Source of the DNA: Planctomycetota bacterium
Lineage (GTDB): Bacteria; Planctomycetota; UBA1135
Direction of reading: 5' to 3'
DNA: 28,812 nucleotides
Assembly: GCA_045047305.1 (NCBI GenBank)
Contig: JASFYO010000074.1
Coordinates: 1-28,812 of the forward strand
This document shows, one piece after another, positions 17,951-25,597 of this stretch. How positions within the stretch are numbered: the stretch's first letter is position 1; each line of letters begins with the position of its first letter. A model generated the notes under the pieces. The model saw nothing but the letters and a program-made list of their open reading frames with translations, was not told where the DNA came from and did not search any database. The position numbers were made by a program, and so were the translations under genes.

Positions 17951-18625
17951 ATGCAACAACCTCAAGTCGGCGTAATCTTGTGTGGCTCTGGACGTTTCGA
18001 TGGCTCCGAAATCCACGAATCCGTCCTCACCCTTCTACATCTCTCCCGCGCGGGTGCTCAAATTCATTGTTTTGCGCCTGATGAAGCGCAGTATGCCGTC
18101 TGTGAGCACTTCGAAGGTAAGCCGGTGGAAGGTGAATCGCGCAACATGTTGATGGAGGCATCGCGTATCGCTCGAGGAGAAATAGAGCCGCTTTCTAGCG
18201 CAATCGCCGACCAGTTAGATGCCCTCATCCTGCCTGGAGGCAACGGCGCGGCCGTCAACCTGTGTGATTTCGGCTTAAAAGGTGCCGCTGGCTCCGTGCA
18301 GGCCGATCTTAAAGCCTTGCTCCTCCAAATGGCCGACGCAAAGAAGCCCATCGGTGCCATCTGCATTGCACCTGCCATTGTTGCCATGGCGCTGCCCAAC
18401 CGGGAGCTGCAGATGACCCTCGGCGCTGCGGATTGCGAAGCGGCACTGGAGGCCAGCAAAACCGGAAACACCTTCAGCGCCTGCCCAGTCGAGCAAATCG
18501 TGTGCGATGAGCCGCATCGATTGGTCTCCACACCGGCGTACATGCTCGGCCCAGACATCGCCGCCGTCGACCGCGGAATCGGCCTCTTGGTGGAGAAGGT
18601 TCTCGCATGGTGTACGCCGCGTTAA
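17951..18625 (+). CDS. elbB: ElbB/ES1-type glyoxalase (DJ-1/PfpI superfamily)
   Basis: FDGSEIHESV, FAPD, RNMLMEASRIARG, LPGGNGAA.NL, AICIAP and LVSTPAYM. Confidence 0.92.
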   Translation: MQQPQVGVILCGSGRFDGSEIHESVLTLLHLSRAGAQIHCFAPDEAQYAVCEHFEGKPVEGESRNMLMEASRIARGEIEPLSSAIADQLDALILPGGNGAAVNLCDFGLKGAAGSVQADLKALLLQMADAKKPIGAICIAPAIVAMALPNRELQMTLGAADCEAALEASKTGNTFSACPVEQIVCDEPHRLVSTPAYMLGPDIAAVDRGIGLLVEKVLAWCTPR

Positions 18626-18640
18626 TCTGGGTCTGTAGCC

Positions 18641-20374
18641 ATGACGTCCCCCGTAGACACCCAGAGCGAATCCATCACCCTTTCCGGCCAGAGCGTAAGC
18701 CCCGGTGTGGCCTATGGTCAGATTTTTCTCAGCATGGAAGGTCTGGAGGAGATTAGCTCTACGCGTTTGGCCGACGACGAGGTGGAGGCCGAACTCGCAC
18801 GCGTCGATTCGGTGGCGCGCGCCGCTCGGGTTTCCTTGGTGCATCAACGCAAGCAGTTAGGCGAGCATTTCACTGCGGACCAGCGGCGGATTTTCGATAC
18901 GCATTTGACCATGCTTGAAGATCCGACCATCGAGGCGGACCTGCGTAGTCGTATCGTTGATGATCGTTTTACATTTGAATCCGCGCTCAAAGACATGCTC
19001 GAAGTTTATGAGCGTTTGTTCGAAGTGGTGGCTTCCGAAAACTTGCGCAACAAGTTAGCCGATATGCGCGACATCGCTTTGCGTTTGCTGCGTTTTTCGC
19101 GGCCGCCAAGTGAGCGCGTGAAGGACCAGGACCGCAAAGGTGGCATCTTGGTGGTGCGCGAACTTTCCTTAAGCGATCTCACCGAAGCGCTCGATCATGG
19201 TATTACCGGTTTGATTGCCGAGCATGGAAGTTTGTCCAGTCACGGCGCCATTTTGACGCGCGCTGCTGGTATCCCAGCTGTAATTGGAGTCGGTGAGGTG
19301 CAGGGCGTACTTGCAGCCGGCGCACATGTTTTACTCGATGGTGATAACGGCGTGGTTGTGGTAGAGCCGAATCCTGAAACCGTCCAAATTGCCCAAGGAA
19401 GGGCACCGGAGGGTGGTTTTGAGACTTTGCCGCCCGCGATTTTGTCCGACGGCACCGCGATTCAGTTAGAGGCAGCGGTCGCCGCACCAAGTGAAGCCAA
19501 GCAGGTGCGTAATCTTGGCATTCGCACCATCGGTATGTACCGCACTGAGTTGCCTGTTATCCAACGGCAAGGGCGTCCGCGTGAAGATTCGCTTTCCGTG
19601 TTGTACGCTCAGGTGGTGAACGCCGTGGACGAGGTCACCTTCCGTCTGCCGGATCTTTCCTCTTCTTCGGAGATTGGATACCTTTATCCGGTTGCTGAAC
19701 CAAACCCGAACGCGGGCCTGCGTGGTGTACGTTTACTGCTGCATCGTCCGGAGCTTTTAAATCTACAAATGCGCGCATTGTTGCGTGCCAGTGAAGGCAA
19801 GGAAGTGCGGGTCGCGGTTCCCTTTGTCGTCGATGCCGATGAAATCCGCGCGGTCCGACGTGCTGCGGAAAACGCGCGCGAGGAGCTGCGCTTGGAAGGG
19901 CTTAATGTCTCGTATGCAGTGGAAATCGGTGTGGTGTTTGAAACTCCAGCATCGGCGCTGCTCGGTCGTGAACTTCTGCAAGTTTCTGATTTCGCATTAA
20001 TCGGCCTCGACACCTTAGCCGAAAGTCTTTTGATGTCGGATCGTCGCAACCATGAAGAAGCGGTGATCCAACGTTTGCGCTCGGTGCATCCTGTCGTCTT
20101 GCGTGCCGTACGCAAGCTCATCTCCCTTGCCGATGGTATACAAAAGCCGATTGGGGTTTACGGCGAGAGCTTGGCGCAACCGGCGCTTGCGCAACTCCTC
20201 GTCGGGGTAGGCGTCCGCCGTTTTGCGGTGCGCCCATCGATTCTGCGCCAAGCCCATGGCATGCTGCATAACATGGATTTGGATACCTGTGAACGGGTTG
20301 CAGAACTTGCCTGCCGCGCTGGCACCGCCGAGGATTTAAAGGCATTGATGCCGCAGAGCTGGTTGAACTCGTAG
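18641..20374 (+). CDS. PTS Enzyme I (PtsI/PtsP)-like protein with a degenerate PEP-binding domain
   Basis: SPGVAYG, IFDTHLTMLEDP, ADMRDI, phospho-His motif SSHGAILTRAAGIPAV, IGMYRTE, GLRGVR and FETP. GLDTL replaces GTNDL and VYGE replaces (M/V)CGE. Confidence 0.88.
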   Translation: MTSPVDTQSESITLSGQSVSPGVAYGQIFLSMEGLEEISSTRLADDEVEAELARVDSVARAARVSLVHQRKQLGEHFTADQRRIFDTHLTMLEDPTIEADLRSRIVDDRFTFESALKDMLEVYERLFEVVASENLRNKLADMRDIALRLLRFSRPPSERVKDQDRKGGILVVRELSLSDLTEALDHGITGLIAEHGSLSSHGAILTRAAGIPAVIGVGEVQGVLAAGAHVLLDGDNGVVVVEPNPETVQIAQGRAPEGGFETLPPAILSDGTAIQLEAAVAAPSEAKQVRNLGIRTIGMYRTELPVIQRQGRPREDSLSVLYAQVVNAVDEVTFRLPDLSSSSEIGYLYPVAEPNPNAGLRGVRLLLHRPELLNLQMRALLRASEGKEVRVAVPFVVDADEIRAVRRAAENAREELRLEGLNVSYAVEIGVVFETPASALLGRELLQVSDFALIGLDTLAESLLMSDRRNHEEAVIQRLRSVHPVVLRAVRKLISLADGIQKPIGVYGESLAQPALAQLLVGVGVRRFAVRPSILRQAHGMLHNMDLDTCERVAELACRAGTAEDLKALMPQSWLNS

Positions 20375-20544
20375 CTCTCAAAACCCCGTTGCTTCATCTT
20401 GGCTGTAGCAACACTACCGCCTTTGGCGCGCGCCTTGGAGCAAACGATTTCCATCCACGGCCTCTCCCGCCAGACTAAATCAGAGTTTCCTTACGTTTTA
20501 ACCAAGAACTATGACGAGATATTTAAGTGTGAGTTTCATCAGCG

Positions 20545-20559
20545 TGGCACAATATTTGC
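20545..20559 (+). promoter_or_regulatory. Sigma-54 (-24/-12) promoter for the FG-GAP gene
   Basis: TGGCAC-AATAT-TTGC matches TGGCAC-N5-TTGC exactly. It is intergenic, correctly oriented and ~106 nt before the ATG. Confidence 0.75.
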
Positions 20560-20665
20560 CTCTAATTCGGTAAGGTTTCTTTCGCCACATTTTGGGCTTC
20601 ATGCTCTTTCCCGTGTTCGGAAGCGCACACATCGACCTAGTAACCGCTCATCTTTTCACTGAAAC

Positions 20666-22342
20666 ATGAAACTTCTATTTACAGCCATTTTTGTTTTGAT
20701 AAGCCCTCTTTCAGCGCAAATCGTTGGAGGTGGCTCTCATTCTTATTACCAATGGAATGGAGAGGATGTGAATGACCGGTTTGGTAATTCGGTATCGAAT
20801 GCTGGCGATGTAGATGGAGATGGGGTCGATGATATTGTCGTTGGGGCATTTGAAGCAGCCGATTTACTTTGGCTGTCAGGCATGGTCTATGTGTATTCGG
20901 GCTCAACTGGAGATTTGCTTTATCAGTGGGAGGGGGAAGATATTTGGATTTACCTTGGATATTCCGTTTCCGGTGCTGGTGACGTCAACGGAGATGGATT
21001 TGATGACATTATTGCGGGGGCCTATGGCGCCGACCCAGGTGGATTGGTTGGTGCCGGGTCGGCTTATGTGTTCTCTGGAATCGATGGGACTCAACTATTC
21101 CGGTTTGATGGCACATCACAAGGAGAGCGCCTGGGGATTTCTGTTTCGGGCGGCGGGGATTTGAATAGCGATGGCGTACCAGATCTTCTCGTTGGTGCTG
21201 ATTTATTTATATCCTCAGGCCTGCTGAATGCTGGAGCGGTCTACGCATACTCCGGCGCTGACGGTTCCCTTCTTTATCGAGTTGAGGGAGGGGGAAGTGA
21301 CTATCGTCTTGGTTGGTCTGTTTCTGATACTGGCGATGTAAACTCAGATGGCTATGACGATTTTATTTCCGGAGCATTCGACGCCTCTCCTGGTGGGCGT
21401 TCTGGTGCTGGCTCGGCCTTTGTTTTCTCGGGCTTCGATGGCACCATTTTATATCGCAAGGATGGCGCGGCTTTTTCTGACTCCTTTGGTCAGGCGGTGT
21501 CTGGCGCCGAGGACCTCAATAGCGATGGATACGCTGACTTTCTGGTTGGCGCTTATGGTGCAAGCGATCTTGGGACAAGCAATGCAGGCACAGTGGACGC
21601 TTATTCTGGATTTGATGGTTCCTTGTTGTTCCATTGGAGCGGAGATGACACATCGGATTATCTTGGATATTCTGTCTCGAACTCCGGTGATGTAAACGGA
21701 GACGGCACTCCTGACATTATTGTGGGCGCCTATGGAGGTGGCTATGTACGTGTGTATAGCGGGGAGGACGGATCCTTGATCCAGCAAAGAAGTGGGCGCT
21801 TTACTCGCCAAGATGGATTCGGGAATTCGGTTTCTAGTGCTGGAGATATTAACGGTGATGGCTTTGTTGAATTCCTTGTTGGAGCGCCACTACACACACT
21901 GCAGGGGCCTAACGATGGCGGTTCGGTTTACGTTATGGGATTCAATCCCTTTCTAAACACTAGTACCAATACTCTCTCAGCAACTACAGGTGGGGTCGTC
22001 GAAATCGCAGTGGACTTCCCTGTGAGCCTTGCAGGGACCCCTTATGGAATCCTCATCTCAAACACCGGAACGGGGCCTTCTACTTTCCGCGGAGCCACGA
22101 TTCCGCTGGTTCAAGATGTGCTGTTCCAAAGTATCCTGGGGGGTGATTATCCAGCGATTATCGAGGATGGTTTCGGTCTTCTCAACGCAGAGGGCGATGC
22201 TCTTGCAATTCTGAACTTACCGCCGCTAGTGGCTTCGAATCTAATTGGAAGTACCCGTTGGTTTGCTGCCGTAAGTCTTGACCCAGCCACGCTGTTGGTG
22301 GACAAGGTTTCCATTGCGCGACCACTCACGATTACGCAGTAA
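20666..22342 (+). CDS. Secreted FG-GAP / integrin-alpha-like beta-propeller protein with an extra C-terminal domain
   Basis: Signal peptide ending LSA-Q; seven repeats of (F/L)G.SVS.AGD(V/L)(N/D).DG..D..VGA..G...V(Y/F)SG.DG. Confidence 0.9.
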   Translation: MKLLFTAIFVLISPLSAQIVGGGSHSYYQWNGEDVNDRFGNSVSNAGDVDGDGVDDIVVGAFEAADLLWLSGMVYVYSGSTGDLLYQWEGEDIWIYLGYSVSGAGDVNGDGFDDIIAGAYGADPGGLVGAGSAYVFSGIDGTQLFRFDGTSQGERLGISVSGGGDLNSDGVPDLLVGADLFISSGLLNAGAVYAYSGADGSLLYRVEGGGSDYRLGWSVSDTGDVNSDGYDDFISGAFDASPGGRSGAGSAFVFSGFDGTILYRKDGAAFSDSFGQAVSGAEDLNSDGYADFLVGAYGASDLGTSNAGTVDAYSGFDGSLLFHWSGDDTSDYLGYSVSNSGDVNGDGTPDIIVGAYGGGYVRVYSGEDGSLIQQRSGRFTRQDGFGNSVSSAGDINGDGFVEFLVGAPLHTLQGPNDGGSVYVMGFNPFLNTSTNTLSATTGGVVEIAVDFPVSLAGTPYGILISNTGTGPSTFRGATIPLVQDVLFQSILGGDYPAIIEDGFGLLNAEGDALAILNLPPLVASNLIGSTRWFAAVSLDPATLLVDKVSIARPLTITQ

Positions 22343-22349
22343 GGCTTGC

Positions 22350-23270
22350 TTAGCCGCGTAAAAACTTAGCGCCGCCGGAGTGCGCACGAGCCAGGACTAC
22401 CTTTCCGCTATCTCCCCAAAGGCGCTTTACGCGTACTGCCAACCGCGCTTCCAGGTGCTGTACTTCCCCGGTTCGGCTTAGCACCAGCAAGGCCGAGCCA
22501 GCGCCAGACAAGGTGGCTCCAAGCGCACCAGCCTCATAAGCAAAGTCCAGCATGGCTTTCGCACTGGTCATCAGTTTTAGTCGTGGGGCCACATGTAGGT
22601 CATCGGCAATGCCCAGCTTGATGTAATCCGTTTTCAGGGTGCGTAAACCCTCGAGCAAAATCGGCGGCCGATGCGCCTGACGCATCGCGCGCTGAAAGGA
22701 AACCGAGGTCGGGAGTGCCTCGCGCGAGCGTTTGGTGGTCATCGGGTAGGGGGGGATGACTAGAAGGAAGCGTAGGTTGCGGTGGAGCGGCACCGGATGA
22801 TGAATCCACGCCACGCCTTTGGCCCCAAGGCTCCAATGTGCGCCGCCAAGCATCGATGCAACTGCATTTTCCGGGTTCCCTTCGAGGTCGATGGCTTCAT
22901 TTAGTAGGTCGGTGGGCTTGCGCAGATTGCCGCAAAGGCGGTCGCCGAGCAATAATCCGGCGACTAAACCCGCTCCGCTTAGACCTAATCCGCGCCCTGG
23001 GGGGACGTCAGCCGTGACCGAAATCTCTCCCGGGGGCAGTTTGCGGTTCGCCATAATCGCCGCCCGACGCATGCCACGGATGATGGGGTCCTGGGATAAT
23101 CGCAGCGGAGACTCCTCTAATGGCCCTTTTCGAGTCAAAGTGGTTTTTTCGGCCGGCTTCCATTGGACCTCGATAAACAAATCCAGAGCAATACTAAATG
23201 CATCAAATCCCGGCCCTACATTGGAGGTGGAAACGGGGATGCGGAGTCGTAGCGGACGGGGGCTAGTCAT
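22350..23270 (-). CDS. Homoserine kinase (ThrB)-like GHMP kinase, divergent
   Basis: PVSTSNVGPGFD, VPPGRGLGLSGAG, LEGNPEN, TTKRSREALP, DDLH..PR and LSGAGS. Confidence 0.8.
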   Translation of the reverse strand: MTSPRPLRLRIPVSTSNVGPGFDAFSIALDLFIEVQWKPAEKTTLTRKGPLEESPLRLSQDPIIRGMRRAAIMANRKLPPGEISVTADVPPGRGLGLSGAGLVAGLLLGDRLCGNLRKPTDLLNEAIDLEGNPENAVASMLGGAHWSLGAKGVAWIHHPVPLHRNLRFLLVIPPYPMTTKRSREALPTSVSFQRAMRQAHRPPILLEGLRTLKTDYIKLGIADDLHVAPRLKLMTSAKAMLDFAYEAGALGATLSGAGSALLVLSRTGEVQHLEARLAVRVKRLWGDSGKVVLARAHSGGAKFLRG

Positions 23271-23384
23271 TTGCGAGATTTTCGCTAAAATTGGCGGCTT
23301 CCCTTGACCGTGGCAAGCACAAATTTGGCATGTGTCAGGGTTCCTTCTTCAGCCTACGGGCTCACTGTACACCCTTCCAGAAAC

Positions 23385-25511
23385 ATGACTACCGAGACCC
23401 TTCCTAACCCCGACCTTTCCAAGTCGGAGGAAAAGCGCCTCAGTAACCTTCGTAACATCGGCATCATGGCTCACATTGATGCTGGTAAGACCACGGTCAC
23501 CGAGCGGATCCTTTTCATCACCGGCAACATCCACAAGATTGGAGAAGTGCACGATGGCGCTGCCACCATGGACTACATGGAAGATGAGCGGAACCGCGGT
23601 ATTACCATTACCTCCGCTGCAACTCAGTGCGAGTGGAATGGCACTCGGATTAACATCATCGATACGCCAGGGCACGTGGACTTTACCATTGAGGTGGAGC
23701 GGTCTTTGCGCGTGCTAGATGGCGCGGTTGCAGTGTTCGATGGTGTAGCCGGAGTGGAAGCTCAGTCGGAAACGGTATGGCGCCAGGCAGACCGTTATGG
23801 TGTGCCACGTATCTGTTTCATTAACAAGCTGGACCGCGTGGGCGCCGATTTTGAGCGTGCATTCGAGTCCATCGGCAACCGTCTGCAGTGCAATGCAGTG
23901 CGCATGCAACTCCCACTCGGGATCGAGAAGGAGTTCTACGGATTGATCGACCTTGTGGGCATGAGGGCTCTACGTTTCACTGAAGGCGATGGTCCTGGTG
24001 TGGAAGAAATGGAGATTCCAGAGGACATGCGCGAAGAGGCAGAAATGCGTCGCGCCGAGATGATTGAGAACATTGTGGAAGTAGACGACGACATGGTCGA
24101 GCGTTTCCTCGAAGGTGATGAGTTCACCGAGGCAGAGCTAAAGGATGTCGCCCGTCGCGCAACTTTGTCAGGTCATGCAGTCCCGGTATTCTGTGGTTCC
24201 GCGTTGCACGATAAGGGTGTGCACCCACTGATGGATGCCGTGGTTGATTACCTGCCAAGCCCGCTAGATAAGGGGCAAATCATTGGTTGCAACCCGAAGG
24301 ATCTCGAAATCCAGGTGATTCGTAACGCAAACTCCGAGGAGCCGCTTTCCGGGCTCGCATTCAAGACCATTGCCGACCCCAACGGCGACCTCACCTTCGT
24401 GCGCATTTACTCCGGCACCTTGAAGCGTGGCGATGCAGTGTTGAACCCGCGTACGCGTAAGAAGGAGCGCGTCGGGCGTTTGATGTTCATGCATGCCGAT
24501 GAACGCAAAGCCGTCGACGAAGTGAAGGCAGGTGAAATCTGTGCTGTAGTTGGTCTCAAGCAGACCATCACCGGCGACACCGTCTGCGATGATAAGAACC
24601 CGATCGTGCTGGAATCCATGACCTTCCCCGAGGCTGTGATCTCCATGTCGATTGAGCCAAAGTCATCCGGCGACCGCGACAAGCTTGGCGATTTACTGGG
24701 CAAGTTGCACCGCGAGGATCCGTCCTTCCGCGTGATTACCGATAAGGACACCGATGAAACCATCATCTCTGGCATGGGTGAGCTTCACCTCGAAATCGTC
24801 ACCACCCGCATCGGACGTGACTACGGCATTCCAGTGATGGTTGGTGCGCCACGTGTGGCTTACCGTCAGACGATTAACAATTCAGTGGATATCGAAGGTC
24901 GTCAGATTAAGCAGTCTGGTGGTTCTGGTCAGTTCGCAGTAGTTAACGTCAAGTTCCGCAAATGGGTTCCAGAGGAAGACGTGGAGGTTAAGACCAATAC
25001 CAACTTCATCGATAGCACCAAAGGTGGTGTGGTTCCGAACCAGTACATTCCAGCTGTAGGTAAGGGTATCGAGGAAGCATCCAAGTCGGGTGGTAAGCTC
25101 GGTTGGCCGTTCGTAAGCATTGAAGCGGAACTCCACTACGGCAAGTCGCACGATGTCGACTCCAGTGAAATGGCGTTCAACTTGGCTGCTCAACGCGCAT
25201 TCCGTGAAGCCCTTGAAGACAACTTCACTGTGCTCGAGCCAGTGATGAAGCTGAACGTGCAGGTTCCAGAAGAATTCCTCGGCGATGTCATCGGTGACCT
25301 CAACACCCGCCGTGTCAACATTGAACAAATGACCATGGATGGCATGATTCGCGAAGTCAATGGCACGGTGCCTATCGCGGAGATGTTCTCCTACGCTGGA
25401 ACCATTCGCGGTCTAACTCAGGGCCGTGGTTCCTTCTCGATGGAGCCGGCTGGCTACGAAGCTGTACCTGTTTATGTTCAGGAAGAGCTGATTAAAGAGC
25501 GCTTGAAGTAA
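23385..25511 (+). CDS. fusA: Elongation factor G
   Basis: [63 protein letters not shown] and LEPVM. Start set to ATG 23385. Confidence 0.96.
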   Translation: MTTETLPNPDLSKSEEKRLSNLRNIGIMAHIDAGKTTVTERILFITGNIHKIGEVHDGAATMDYMEDERNRGITITSAATQCEWNGTRINIIDTPGHVDFTIEVERSLRVLDGAVAVFDGVAGVEAQSETVWRQADRYGVPRICFINKLDRVGADFERAFESIGNRLQCNAVRMQLPLGIEKEFYGLIDLVGMRALRFTEGDGPGVEEMEIPEDMREEAEMRRAEMIENIVEVDDDMVERFLEGDEFTEAELKDVARRATLSGHAVPVFCGSALHDKGVHPLMDAVVDYLPSPLDKGQIIGCNPKDLEIQVIRNANSEEPLSGLAFKTIADPNGDLTFVRIYSGTLKRGDAVLNPRTRKKERVGRLMFMHADERKAVDEVKAGEICAVVGLKQTITGDTVCDDKNPIVLESMTFPEAVISMSIEPKSSGDRDKLGDLLGKLHREDPSFRVITDKDTDETIISGMGELHLEIVTTRIGRDYGIPVMVGAPRVAYRQTINNSVDIEGRQIKQSGGSGQFAVVNVKFRKWVPEEDVEVKTNTNFIDSTKGGVVPNQYIPAVGKGIEEASKSGGKLGWPFVSIEAELHYGKSHDVDSSEMAFNLAAQRAFREALEDNFTVLEPVMKLNVQVPEEFLGDVIGDLNTRRVNIEQMTMDGMIREVNGTVPIAEMFSYAGTIRGLTQGRGSFSMEPAGYEAVPVYVQEELIKERLK

Positions 25512-25536
25512 GCAATTTTTCGAATACTCAATAAAC

Positions 25537-25572
25537 GGACCCCGTCAGGCAACTGCCGGGGTCCCTTTTTTT
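25537..25572 (+). terminator. Intrinsic terminator of fusA
   Basis: GGACCCCG-T-CAG-GCAA-CTG-C-CGGGGTCC-C-TTTTTTT. Confidence 0.9.
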
Positions 25573-25579
25573 GCCGAAC

Positions 25580-25588
25580 TGCTAGAAT
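25580..25588 (+). promoter_or_regulatory. Extended -10 promoter for the Tex-like gene
   Basis: TGC-TAGAAT, 9 nt before ATG 25598 and directly after the fusA terminator. Confidence 0.5.
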
Positions 25589-25597
25589 CTCAGCAAC

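Noticed and set aside
18641..20374. Enzyme I-like gene as a pseudogene
   Set aside because: The ORF is full length with no stops or frameshifts, and it keeps the His motif and several active-site arginines.
20399..20662. 87-aa ORF between the EI-like and FG-GAP genes
   Set aside because: It has a TTG start and no motifs, and it spans the sigma-54 promoter, so the region is better read as regulatory DNA.
23385..25511. Ribosomal protection protein (TetM/TetO) or degenerate EF-G2
   Set aside because: All canonical EF-G motifs ([26 protein letters not shown]) are present.
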